Below, piece after piece: positions 31,876-41,143 of a DNA stretch of 64,000 nt. A program made the translations under genes and the position numbers. The stretch's first letter is position 1. The number at the start of each line of letters is the position of its first letter. The notes below the pieces were generated by a model. That model searched no databases. It was not told where the DNA came from and saw only the letters and a list, made by a program, of their open reading frames with translations. The stretch is from Nitrospirota bacterium (GTDB lineage: Bacteria > Nitrospirota > UBA9217): NCBI GenBank assembly GCA_963840455.1, contig CAWIYV010000011.1, positions 768,001 to 832,000 of the forward strand, written 5' to 3'.

Positions 31876-32577
31876 ATGGAACTCATCCTCTTCATACTCT
31901 ACCCTCTTGCCCTTGTCCGCGTCCGGCTGATCGTCCCTGCGCTCGCGCTCCACGGCGCGCTCATTGTTTCGTCCGCCGTCACCTACGGAAGGATACCGCT
32001 CATGGGGACCCACGACACGCTCGGGTTCCTCGCATGGTCCATCGGGGTCGTGTATCTTCTCTTCGGATGGGAGCGGAAGCGCGACGCCTTCTCCTACTGG
32101 ACAATACCGCTCGTCCTTCTTCTGCTTGCAGGTTCAGCGGTCTCGCCGGTCATGCGCGGCCCGCTGCCGCCCGTGCTGCGCACGATCTGGTTCGAGCTCC
32201 ACGTCATCCTGTCCTTCATATCCTACGCGCTCTTTGCCGTCGGAGCGGTGTTCGGTGCGCTGTACCTGCGCGACGGGGACCGAGAGAATGAGACAGGCCA
32301 GTACCGGAACCTCCTGCTCGGCTATGCGCTGTTCTCCATCGCCATGATCTTCGGCGGCATCTGGGCGCACCTCGCCTGGGGGACCTACTGGCTCTGGACA
32401 CCCAAGGAGCTCTGGACCACGATCGTGTGGTTCTTCTACAGCCTGTACCTCCACGCCCGCCTGGTCAAAGGCTGGACCGGCAGGCCCGTGGCATGGATGG
32501 GGATCGTCGGGTTCTTCATCGTCATGTTCACCTATGTCGGCGTGGGCCTATTGATGAAGAGTTCCCATGAGTTTTGA
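31876..32577 (+). CDS. ccsA: Cytochrome c biogenesis protein CcsA/ResC
   Basis: WWD domain GGIWAHLAWGTYWLWTPKE; WFELH and YLHAR. Confidence 0.9.
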   Translation: MELILFILYPLALVRVRLIVPALALHGALIVSSAVTYGRIPLMGTHDTLGFLAWSIGVVYLLFGWERKRDAFSYWTIPLVLLLLAGSAVSPVMRGPLPPVLRTIWFELHVILSFISYALFAVGAVFGALYLRDGDRENETGQYRNLLLGYALFSIAMIFGGIWAHLAWGTYWLWTPKELWTTIVWFFYSLYLHARLVKGWTGRPVAWMGIVGFFIVMFTYVGVGLLMKSSHEF

Positions 32578-32623
32578 TGTTCGCTTGCAGGCCAACAAGC
32601 TTGCAGGATTCTACGCTGTTACC

Positions 32624-33340
32624 ATGAAAAACTTCTTCCTCTCGCTCAAGACAACGGTCTGGACCCTGCTGGGGCTCATCTGCGTCTTCTTCCTCGGCTC
32701 GTATCTGATGCCGGCGTACAAGGACGTTCATGGCGGCATGAACGACCGGCTGCTGTTCCAGTGGGTCGAACAAAACGCCCTGGACCATCCCTGGGCAACA
32801 AGCTGGTTCTTCGCGTCCCTCGCCGGTCTCGTCCTGCTGACCATCAACACGGTCGTCTGCAGCGTCCAGGCGATCAAGGGAAAATGGTCCCGCGAGGATT
32901 TCCTGCTCCGCATCGCGCCGCAGGTCGTGCACATCGGGTTCCTCTGCATCCTGCTGGCCCATCTTCTGGGCGCGGGATGGGGCTACCGCATCTCGGGCAT
33001 GCTGCCGGTCGAGGCGTACGCGAAGCTCCCGGACAACCGCAGCCTGTATCTCAATGACCTCCGCCCGTTGGTCGATGACCGCGGCAATCTCAGGGACTGG
33101 TCGGCCGTGATCGCGATCTACGAGAACGACCGGCGCGTCGCGACCGGCATCCTGGGCCCGAACGAGCCGCTCTTCTACAAGGGCATGGGCGTCTACCTGA
33201 AGAGCTTCGACCTCCGGGAACGGCCCGTCGCGTTCCTGATGGTGAACAAGGACCCGGGTGCGCTCTGGGCGCTTGGAGGGTCGGTCCTGTTCATGATCGG
33301 AACGATGATCATTCTTATTCTCAAGTGGAAAAAGGCATGA
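32624..33340 (+). CDS. ResB/CcsB-like cytochrome c biogenesis protein (short)
   Basis: SLK..V..L, INTVVCS, VVHIG, NEPL.YKG, KDPG; adjacent to ccsA. Confidence 0.8.
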   Translation: MKNFFLSLKTTVWTLLGLICVFFLGSYLMPAYKDVHGGMNDRLLFQWVEQNALDHPWATSWFFASLAGLVLLTINTVVCSVQAIKGKWSREDFLLRIAPQVVHIGFLCILLAHLLGAGWGYRISGMLPVEAYAKLPDNRSLYLNDLRPLVDDRGNLRDWSAVIAIYENDRRVATGILGPNEPLFYKGMGVYLKSFDLRERPVAFLMVNKDPGALWALGGSVLFMIGTMIILILKWKKA

Positions 33341-33429
33341 TACTCGCTCGTGAGATGCCGGGCCCGTCACCCTGTGCGCTCTCCCGGTTTTCCTCCGTGT
33401 CCTCAGTGTCTCCGTGGTAGGATGATGTC

Positions 33430-34470
33430 ATGATGAGTCGCATACTTGTCGCCATGAGCGGGGGGGTGGACAGCTCCTTCGCCGCCGCTCTCCTTCTGCA
33501 GCAGGGACATAAGGTCGAAGGCGTCACCATGAAGCTTTCCGCCGGCGTCTGCTGCGACATTGCCTCGGCCCAGGCAGTCTGCGCCCATCTCGGCATCGCT
33601 CACCGCATCATCGAAATGCAGCGGGAATTCGAGCGCAGTGTCGTACACAACTTCATCAGCGAATACCGCGCAGGCCGCACGCCCAACCCCTGCATTCGCT
33701 GCAACGACATCATCAAGTTCCAGGCTCTCCTGTCCCACGCCCGGGATAATGGTTTCGACTTCCTTGCCACAGGCCACTACGCCCGCATCGAACAGAACCC
33801 CGCGACGGGTCGATACCTGCTGAAGAAAGGAGCAGACCCCGGCAAGGACCAGAGCTACTTCCTCTACCGCCTGACCCAGGACCAGCTTGCGGATGTCCTC
33901 TTCCCGCTGGGAGCGATGCACAAGAAGGAGGTACGTGAACAGTCCCGGCTGCAGAGGCTTCCGGCTGCGGAGCGTCCCGAGAGCCAGGAGATCTGCTTCG
34001 TGCCGGACAACAATTACCGTGCGTTCCTCAGGGAGCATGCTCCCGATGTGCTCAGGCGCGGCGAGATCACGATGATCGACGGCACGGTCGTGGGCAAACA
34101 CAATGGCATCGCGTTCTTTACCGTTGGCCAGCGCAGGAAGCTGGGCGTTGCCGCTGGAGAGCGGCTCTATGTGACGCGGATCGAGCCCGAGACCGGTCGT
34201 GTTGTGCTCGGCCAGCGTCGGGACCTCGAAACGAGTTCTCTGCAGGTATCCGACACGATCTTCCTCCCCTTCGACCGCCTGGAGAAGCTTTTGGCGGTCG
34301 AGGTAAAGGTCCGCTCCCGCTCGACGCTCCAGGCTGCGACGATCCAGCCAGCGGACAGCGGCCGTATCGCTGTCGCCTTCGATCATCCCGTCACCGGCGT
34401 CACGCCCGGCCAAGCAGCGGTATTCTATGAAGGCGATATTGTCGTCGGCGGCGGCACGATTGAGCGTTAG
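33430..34470 (+). CDS. mnmA: tRNA 2-thiouridylase MnmA
   Basis: SGGVDS, TPNPCIRCN, ATGHYA, KDQSYFL, ESQEICF, TVGQR, PGQAAVFY. Confidence 0.95.
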   Translation: MMSRILVAMSGGVDSSFAAALLLQQGHKVEGVTMKLSAGVCCDIASAQAVCAHLGIAHRIIEMQREFERSVVHNFISEYRAGRTPNPCIRCNDIIKFQALLSHARDNGFDFLATGHYARIEQNPATGRYLLKKGADPGKDQSYFLYRLTQDQLADVLFPLGAMHKKEVREQSRLQRLPAAERPESQEICFVPDNNYRAFLREHAPDVLRRGEITMIDGTVVGKHNGIAFFTVGQRRKLGVAAGERLYVTRIEPETGRVVLGQRRDLETSSLQVSDTIFLPFDRLEKLLAVEVKVRSRSTLQAATIQPADSGRIAVAFDHPVTGVTPGQAAVFYEGDIVVGGGTIER

Positions 34471-34518
34471 CCCCTGTCTCCTGTCCCCTATCCCCTGTTC
34501 CAACATCGCTCTTTTCCC

Positions 34519-34552
34519 TTGCCCGTCGTTATTCCCTATGATATATTACGCT
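34519..34552 (+). promoter_or_regulatory. Leaderless sigma70 promoter overlapped by a ModE-like operator
   Basis: TTGCCC-17-(TGa)TATATT; GTCGTTATTCC-N6-TATATTACGCT resembles the ModE box ATCGNTATATA-N6-TATATANCGAT. Confidence 0.55.
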
Positions 34553-34554
34553 CA

Positions 34555-34929
34555 ATGCCGAAAGCGCCCCATAGTCATCGCACGAACAAGAACCCCGAGC
34601 CCGGCTTTCGCGGCCGCGTCTGGATCGACGGTCCGGAAGGCACGTTCATCGGCTACGGCCGTGTCGTATTGCTTGAACGTATCATCGAGCATGGTTCCAT
34701 CACGAAGGCAGCGAAGTCGATGGAGATGGCCTACCGCCACGCCTGGGACCTCGTCGATTCCATGAACCGCCAGGCGAAGCGGCCGTTCGTCGAACTTGCC
34801 ACGGGCGGCAGAGGCGGCGGCGGCGCGCAGGTCACTGCGGCCGGCAGGAAAGCGATCAAGATCTTCCGGCAATTTCACAAGGACCTCGAGGCATTTTTAA
34901 AACGGGAAGAGAAAAAGCTCAAATGGTGA
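34555..34929 (+). CDS. modE: ModE-family winged-helix regulator (DNA-binding domain only)
   Basis: GRVVLLERI..HGSITKAAKSMEMAYRHAW, GGRGGGGA.VT. Confidence 0.85.
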   Translation: MPKAPHSHRTNKNPEPGFRGRVWIDGPEGTFIGYGRVVLLERIIEHGSITKAAKSMEMAYRHAWDLVDSMNRQAKRPFVELATGGRGGGGAQVTAAGRKAIKIFRQFHKDLEAFLKREEKKLKW

Positions 34930-34995
34930 ACGTACCCGATGCCGTCCCGGTTGCCGCCGCGAAGCCGGAACGGACCAAGCAATAGGAGGCCTTTC

Positions 34996-35856
34996 ATGGT
35001 GAAGCGTCACGGAATCACAATGTTGTTCTGTCTTGCGATATCGATGCTCATGCCCGCACTGCTCATTGCCGAACCTGTCCCCGCACAGCCGAAGAAGATC
35101 ATGCTCGCCAGCACCATCGGCCCCATCGACGCGGGCATCGTTGGAGCGCTCGAAGATGCGTTCCTGAAGAAGACCGGCATCGTGGTCGAGCACACTGGAG
35201 CTGGAACAGGCAAAGCAATCCAGATGGCCGAAACCGGGAAGTATGACCTCGTCCTCGTCCACGCTAAGGCCCTCGAGGAGAAATTCGTGGCCGACGGGTT
35301 CGGCACGAAGCGTTATGACCTCATGTACAACGATTTCGTGGTTCTCGGACCTGCAGCGGACCCGGCAAAGATTAAGGGCATGAAGGACGCGGCAGCTGCG
35401 CTCAAGGCGATCGCCCAGGCACAGGTGACCTTCGTCACGCGCGGCGACAAGTCAGGCACCCACGTGAAAGAGCTTGAGGTCTGGAAAAAAGCCGGCATCG
35501 AACCCCAGGGCGCATGGTACCAGGTCTTCGCCGAGGGAGCGAAGGGCAACGCTCCGACCCTTGCCTTCACCAATGAGAAGCAAGCATATACGGTCATGGA
35601 CCGCGCAACGTACATCACGATGAAGTCTAAGATCACTTTGCTGATTCTGGTCGAGCGGGACGATATCCTGCTCAACTACATCACGCTCATTCCAGTCAAC
35701 CCTGTGAAGTTCCCGCAGGTTCACTACGCTGAGGCAATGCAGTTCGTAGACTGGCTGCAGGGCAAGGACGCACAGACCATCATCCGCGACTTCGGGAAGG
35801 AAAAATATGGCGAGCCGCTGTTCTTCCCGAACTCGCCGGAAGGGAGGAAACTTTAG
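34996..35856 (+). CDS. tupA: Tungstate ABC substrate-binding protein, divergent paralog
   Basis: GTG.A, LVHA, MYNDFV, RGDKSGTH.KE; STIG replaces the TTTS motif. Confidence 0.8.
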   Translation: MVKRHGITMLFCLAISMLMPALLIAEPVPAQPKKIMLASTIGPIDAGIVGALEDAFLKKTGIVVEHTGAGTGKAIQMAETGKYDLVLVHAKALEEKFVADGFGTKRYDLMYNDFVVLGPAADPAKIKGMKDAAAALKAIAQAQVTFVTRGDKSGTHVKELEVWKKAGIEPQGAWYQVFAEGAKGNAPTLAFTNEKQAYTVMDRATYITMKSKITLLILVERDDILLNYITLIPVNPVKFPQVHYAEAMQFVDWLQGKDAQTIIRDFGKEKYGEPLFFPNSPEGRKL

Positions 35857-35868
35857 AGCGTATAGCAG

Positions 35869-36107
35869 GTTTTTTTTGGGCAGCCCGGGACTGGGGTGAA
35901 GTAGGTTCAAGAGCTTAGATTCTTGCAGTTCTAAGAGCCCCTGCGGTCCGCGAGCACTGACGGTGCATAGGCATGCGTCACGGAAGCTTGGCAGATCACC
36001 GTGTCGTTTCCAGCAAATGCGCCAGCGGAGGTGCTGAGGATAGGATGGAGCAGAACAAGAAACCACTGACAAACTGCATGCCTGCAGCGCAGTGCGAGCC
36101 GGGCCGC
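35869..36107. repeat. Repeat family C: collapsed copy (35869-35916) and long hairpin (35943-36107)
   Basis: GCGGTCCG..GCACTG..TAGGCATGC pairs with GCATGCCTG..CAGTGC..CGGGCCGC. Confidence 0.55.
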
Positions 36108-36182
36108 AGAAAAAACGATTCTTTTTTTAGGCATGGGGTGAAGCAGGGCTTAAGTCTTTACCCCGACCCCGCACGTCCCTGG

Positions 36183-36316
36183 AGCGGCCCTACGAAATTT
36201 CTGGGCACCCGTCTTGGCCTGAGGAAGCGTCCCGCAGGGCGAGCGCGCATGTCCGAGGCCGCAGGCCGAGCTTGCTCGGGCGAGCAGACGTGGCCTTAGA
36301 CGGGTCAGAAATACGT
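36183..36316 (+). repeat. Repeat family B, diverged copy
   Basis: CCCTACGAAATTT ... TGTCCGAGGCCGCAGGCCGAGCTT ... GAAATACGT. Confidence 0.5.
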
Positions 36317-36441
36317 TCAGGCCGCGAAAGGGATGTGCAGCAAAGCTTGTTTGGGCTACCCGGGGTATTCGTAAAAGCTTCAGTCGTGCCTCTGCACCTA
36401 AAATGCCTAGACACTATATTTGTTCGAAGGAGGTTCTTCTT

Positions 36442-37251
36442 ATGAAACGGATCATGATCTTTGCTTTGGCGCTCACTCTGATAGGCACGGCCGCACTTGC
36501 CGAGACGCGGATCCGCATGGCATCAACGACAAGCACCCAGAATTCAGGATTATTCGACTATCTTCTGCCCCTTTTCGAAAAGAAAACAGGTATCAAGATC
36601 GACGTGGTTGCCGTCGGCACCGGCGCATCCATCGAGATCGGCAAGCGAGGCGATGCGGACGTGGTCTTCGTTCACGCGAAGGAGCAGGAGCTGCAAGCCG
36701 TGCAGGAAGGCTTCTTCGTGAACCGCCACGATGTGATGTATAACGATTTCGTGATCATCGGCCCGCCGAGCGATCCGGCGAAGATCAAGTGGCTTAGGAG
36801 CGCAACCGAGGCTTTCAAAGCCATCGCCGCAGCGGAGTCTACTTTCGTTTCCCGCGGAGACAAGTCGGGTACGAACACCAAGGAACTGTCGCTCTGGAAA
36901 AAAATAGGCATCGAACCTGCCGGTCAGAAATGGTACCTTGAGGTCGGCCAGGGCATGGAGAAGACCCAGCGCGTCGCCGATGAAAAGAAGGCTTACACAC
37001 TCACCGACCGTGGCACGTGGCTTGCCACGAAAGATAAAGACAAACTTGACCTGATCATCGTTCTCGAGGGCGACCCGGTCCTTTTCAACCAATATGGCGT
37101 CATGGCCGTCAATCCTGAAAAGCATAAACACGTAAAGTTCAAGGAAGCCATGCAATTCGTGGACTGGATCATTTCGAAGGACGGCCAGGCCGCTGTTGCG
37201 GCCTTCAAGGATAAGAACGGGAACCCATTGTTCATTCCGAACGCCAAGTAG
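36442..37251 (+). CDS. tupA: Tungstate ABC substrate-binding protein
   Basis: ASTTSTQNSG, GTGA, FVHA, MYNDFV, SRGDKSGT, YTLTDRGT, NQY. Confidence 0.9.
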   Translation: MKRIMIFALALTLIGTAALAETRIRMASTTSTQNSGLFDYLLPLFEKKTGIKIDVVAVGTGASIEIGKRGDADVVFVHAKEQELQAVQEGFFVNRHDVMYNDFVIIGPPSDPAKIKWLRSATEAFKAIAAAESTFVSRGDKSGTNTKELSLWKKIGIEPAGQKWYLEVGQGMEKTQRVADEKKAYTLTDRGTWLATKDKDKLDLIIVLEGDPVLFNQYGVMAVNPEKHKHVKFKEAMQFVDWIISKDGQAAVAAFKDKNGNPLFIPNAK

Positions 37252-37334
37252 CATCATAAGGCTGGCACGGTCCGGATCAGACCAAGGCTCGATACCCCCA
37301 GTATCCCTCCATGATCCGTTCCGTGCCTTTTTCT

Positions 37335-38039
37335 ATGGAATCACTTCTGCAGGGATTCATCGAAGCCCTTAAGCTGATCTTCCATCTTGATCAGACGCTT
37401 TTCGGGATCATTGTTCTTTCCCTCAAGGTGTCTGGTTCTGCGCTGGTGATCTCGACCGCCATCGGACTGCCCGCCGGCGCCGTACTCGGCCTGAAACGCT
37501 TTCCCGGCCGCGACCTGGCCATCAGCGGCGTCAACACGCTCATGGGCCTTCCACCGGTCGTCGTCGGGCTCTTCGTCTATCTCCTCCTGTCGCGCAAGGG
37601 GCCGCTGGGATTCATGGGGCTGCTCTACTCGCCGACGGCCATGGTCGTCGCTCAGGCCATCCTTGCCTTGCCCATTGTGACCGCGCTCTGCCACTCGGCG
37701 ATCGTGCATGTCGACCCCATTATCCGGCAGGCCGCGCGGACACTGGGCGCGACACCCGGCCAGGAAACGCTCGCAGTCATCCACGAAGCACGGTACGGCA
37801 TTCTCTCGGCGGTCATCGCCGCCTTCGGCAGGGTCATGGCCGAGGTCGGGGCGATCCTGATCGTCGGCGGCAACATCGCCGGCTATACGCGGGTCATGAC
37901 CACAACGATCGCGCTCGAGACGGACAAGGGCAATTTCGAACTGGCACTCGCGCTCGGCATAATTCTGCTGACAATATCATTCATCATTAATGCTGCACTG
38001 CATGGAGTCCAGAAGAGAGGATCGGTCAAAACCTCGTGA
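37335..38039 (+). CDS. tupB: Tungstate ABC permease
   Basis: LPPVVVGL, SRKGPLG, FGRVMAEVGA..IVGGNI, TRVMTT.IALET. Confidence 0.9.
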   Translation: MESLLQGFIEALKLIFHLDQTLFGIIVLSLKVSGSALVISTAIGLPAGAVLGLKRFPGRDLAISGVNTLMGLPPVVVGLFVYLLLSRKGPLGFMGLLYSPTAMVVAQAILALPIVTALCHSAIVHVDPIIRQAARTLGATPGQETLAVIHEARYGILSAVIAAFGRVMAEVGAILIVGGNIAGYTRVMTTTIALETDKGNFELALALGIILLTISFIINAALHGVQKRGSVKTS

Positions 38040-38689
38040 AGATGCTCATCACCCATATCCGGAAGGACTATGACGGCAGGGCCGTTCTGAAGGACTGCTC
38101 CTATGCCTTTGGCAGCAGCGGCGCCTACGTTCTCATGGGACCCAACGGATGCGGAAAGTCGACGCTCCTTCGGATCTGCTCCCTGCTCGAGCGGCCCGAT
38201 GGCGGAGACCTTCTGTTCCAGGACAATGGCGCGCCGCTGGTCCAGAACATCGCCCTCCGGCGGCGCATGACCCTGGTCCTGCCGCGGACCGGCGTGTTCA
38301 ATACAACGGTATTCAACAATGTGGCCTATGGTCTGACGATACGGAACATGCAGAAACATGCGATCGAAGACAATGTACAAAAGGCCCTTGCTTTCGTTGG
38401 CCTGGAACATAAGAAAAAGCAGAACGCCAGGACGCTTTCGAGCGGCGAGACCCAGCGGCTCGGCCTGGCACGCGCACTTGCCATAGGACCGGAGATCCTG
38501 TTCCTCGACGAGCCGACCGCCTCGGTGGACGAGGAGAACACCGCGATCATCGAGACCATCATCGCAAACCTGAAAAAGGACGGCCGTACCCTGGTCATCA
38601 TGACGACCCACGACCGGGATCAGGCTGAACGCTTGGCTGACCGCGTGCTGATCATCGAGCGCGGTTCCCTTCGCGAGACGGCGCGGTGA
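38036..38689 (+). CDS. tupC: Tungstate ABC ATPase
   Basis: GPNGCGKS, LSSGE, LDEPTA; operon context. Confidence 0.85.
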   Translation: MKMLITHIRKDYDGRAVLKDCSYAFGSSGAYVLMGPNGCGKSTLLRICSLLERPDGGDLLFQDNGAPLVQNIALRRRMTLVLPRTGVFNTTVFNNVAYGLTIRNMQKHAIEDNVQKALAFVGLEHKKKQNARTLSSGETQRLGLARALAIGPEILFLDEPTASVDEENTAIIETIIANLKKDGRTLVIMTTHDRDQAERLADRVLIIERGSLRETAR

Positions 38690-38789
38690 TCTCCGGACCG
38701 GGTTGATCATCAGCATCGCGCCAATGCATTGGCGGGACAACCTGCAAAAAAGCACTCCTCTCCCCACAGTTATCCCACTCGGAAACAAT

Positions 38790-38873
38790 GACCGGAACCA
38801 GGCGGACCGCCTGGCTGACCGCGTGCAGATCATGAAGGAGGGAAGGATTGAGGAGACCGGCGAGGGGATTTAA
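38790..38873 (+). pseudogene. Orphan second 3' end of tupC
   Basis: DRNQADRLADRVQIMKEGRIEETGEGI* versus tupC DRDQAERLADRVLIIERGSLRETAR*. Confidence 0.65.
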
Positions 38874-39124
38874 AACAAGGTAGGTTTTAACAACTCATTT
38901 AACTCAAACCTGACCCGCAACCGCCCAAATATGAAGCAGCTTCGGGAGGGAATGTGGCGGGTGACAAGACCATTTGACGGTCAAAAACATGCAATATCAG
39001 GACGAAAGACCCGGCCGCAGCGCCGGAGGCAGAAGTCCCCGGCAGGGTTGGACACCGGGGACTTGCGTAATTGAAGAGCTCTGCTGTACGTTGAGTCAGG
39101 TTCTCGATCCGATCGCCTCTGATT

Positions 39125-39283
39125 TGCCCTGGGTTTTAAGACGAGAGGTACCATAAGCAGACAGAATGCCTTCATGCGTCATGCCGTGTACAAGCCCTCA
39201 CAGCATCAAAGAGGGTAGCCTGAAGCATCTGCTGGGGCATCGTACTGAGGAACCAACCTCGCATATACTCAAAACTCAAGGCA
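39125..39283 (+). ncRNA. 6S RNA-like rod, copy 1
   Basis: The ends pair (TGCCCTGGGTTTT/AAAACTCAAGGCA). There is a central bubble and an apical GTGTACAAGCCCTC..GAGGGTAGCCTGAA. Upstream is a possible TTGCGT-18-TACGTT promoter. Confidence 0.6.
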
Positions 39284-39402
39284 TAACTTTTCCCATCCTT
39301 TGCTAGTCCGTCACCGCGGTCCCCTTGTGTATTTATTCCGCGATCCGCAATACGAAATCCGCAATGATGTTATCTCTTGTCCCCTTGTCGGTTTTACCGT
39401 CC

Positions 39403-40260
39403 TCATTTCTGTCCCACTACCGCCCTGACTGCCGCTGCCAATGATGTCGTCGTCCTGCCGATGAGTTTGCTTAGTTGATGACCGTCGTCGAACAGCGCGC
39501 CCTTGGAAATGCCCGTGTCGGAATCGGCGAGTAATGCAGCGACCGGTTCCGGCAATCCGGCCTTCACAAGAGCGTTCTTATATTCGGCTTCCGACAGGTT
39601 CACGTATCCGATCTTTTTGCCCGACTGGCGCGAGATCTCAGCCGCCAGTTCTGCCCGTGTATAGGCGGTATCGCCGGCCAGTTCATAGACCCGTCCTGCC
39701 TGGTTTTCCGCGGCCATCACCACAGCCGCTGCTTCCGCGTAGTCGGCGCGTGCGGCCGAGGCAATGCGCCCCTCGCCCGCGCAACCATACACGGCGCCCT
39801 GCGCCAGTGCACCGGCTATGCCGGCCGTATAGTTCTCAGTGTACCAGCTGTTGCGCAACAGCGTAAAAGGAATGCCCGATGCGCGGATCATTGCCTCGGT
39901 CTCTTTATGTTCGGCTGCAAGACCGAGCGGCGAGGTATCGGCACGCAGGACGCTGGTATACGCCAGGAGTTTTACGCCTGCCCGTTTGGCTGCGTCGATG
40001 ACGGCACGATGCTGCTTCGCGCGCTGTCCGACCTCGCTGGAAGAGATCAGCAATACTTTCTCCGCGCCTTTCAAAACGGCGTTCCACGTCAAAGGCTGGT
40101 TGTAATCAGCGTAGCGCACTTGCACGCCCAGGGCCGCAATGTCCTTCGCCTTTTCTACATTTCGCACCGCAGCGACGATGCTTGATGCAGGCACTTTTTT
40201 AAGAAGGCCTGCGATGACCAAACGCCCCAAATGCCCGGTTGCTCCAGTAACAACGATCAT
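39403..40260 (-). CDS. NmrA-like SDR oxidoreductase (YtfG/QorB-like)
   Basis: VTGATGHLG, LLISS, AYTS, LRNSWYTEN, YELAG. Confidence 0.9.
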   Translation of the reverse strand: MIVVTGATGHLGRLVIAGLLKKVPASSIVAAVRNVEKAKDIAALGVQVRYADYNQPLTWNAVLKGAEKVLLISSSEVGQRAKQHRAVIDAAKRAGVKLLAYTSVLRADTSPLGLAAEHKETEAMIRASGIPFTLLRNSWYTENYTAGIAGALAQGAVYGCAGEGRIASAARADYAEAAAVVMAAENQAGRVYELAGDTAYTRAELAAEISRQSGKKIGYVNLSEAEYKNALVKAGLPEPVAALLADSDTGISKGALFDDGHQLSKLIGRTTTSLAAAVRAVVGQK

Positions 40261-40301
40261 AGGAACTCCTTTCGAAAGAGAGAGTAATTATCCTCCCGTG
40301 C

Positions 40302-40490
40302 TTATTTCCCGGTGATAAAGAATCTCACTATTCTTCCTACAATGGTTATCCCCAGGACAATGCCTGTGACGATTGCGAGGATGACGGCAAAGAGAAGGGT
40401 CAGCTTGAAGACCAGAAAAAAGAGAGGCACGAATAGTACGCAGAGCAGTATCGTGAGGCAGCCGGTGGCAAAATCCATTGATTCCAGCAT
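40302..40490 (-). CDS. Small two-helix membrane protein
   Basis: SD AAGGA; hydrophobic 62 aa upstream of the SDR gene. Confidence 0.6.
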   Translation of the reverse strand: MLESMDFATGCLTILLCVLFVPLFFLVFKLTLLFAVILAIVTGIVLGITIVGRIVRFFITGK

Positions 40491-40624
40491 GATGGTGGTC
40501 CTTCCCGTCCCCCTTCCGGGAGTCTGTTATGAAGTATAACGGCAGTATGCTGGGGGAGGATATCTCAGCAAGCCCATCCCGGACAAACGTCCCCTTTATT
40601 GCATTGATGATCAGCAGAAAATAG

Positions 40625-40658
40625 AAAAGCCGGCACGATGTCCTGCCGGACTATTTTT
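40625..40658. terminator. Terminator (bidirectional-looking)
   Basis: CCGGCA/TGCCGG stem with A and T runs on either side. Confidence 0.65.
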
Positions 40659-40765
40659 GTCCAACCCCGAATGGCCGTCAGGGTTGAGAATGTCTCCCCG
40701 GAGCTTCTCCTCGCGAATCAGGATCCGAAGACCTTCGCTGTCGTCCCTGCGCAATTTCAGTCGGG

Positions 40766-40894
40766 CTATCTGCTTTTAATGTCAAACGGGCTCTTCTGCT
40801 GCTTGTCCTTCTGCTGCTGCACGTCATGCACATGCTTTATTTCTTTCTGCTTCTGGCTCTTTTCCTTGCCTTTCCTTCCGCCCTTGTCTCCCAT
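40766..40894 (-). CDS. Small basic protein (42 aa), not in the ORF track
   Basis: SD AAGGAG; MGDKGGRKGKEKSQKQKEIKHVHDVQQQKDKQQKSPFDIKSR; TATAAT upstream. Confidence 0.7.
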   Translation of the reverse strand: MGDKGGRKGKEKSQKQKEIKHVHDVQQQKDKQQKSPFDIKSR

Positions 40895-41065
40895 TGTGCC
40901 TCTCCTTGTTCACCTGGATAGTGTGGATGTAATCATTATACCATGTTATTTTTCCCCGGTCGTTACCCAGGAAAGATTGGGAAGGAATGCTCGTGTGATA
41001 AAAGGGAGGGGTAACTGGGGGATTCTCATTCGCGGTAATTCTGGGTCACTAATCGCTCCGGGACA

Positions 41066-41101
41066 TTGAAGCTCCCTGCACCAAGCTGCAGAGAGCTTCA
41101 A
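41066..41101. mobile_element. Repeat family A, right-end palindrome
   Basis: TTGAAGCTCCCTGCACCAAGCTGCAGAGAGCTTCAA. Confidence 0.65.
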
Positions 41102-41143
41102 AGGAGGCCTGACCCTACTAAGTCCTCTACCAACCTTGGAGTT

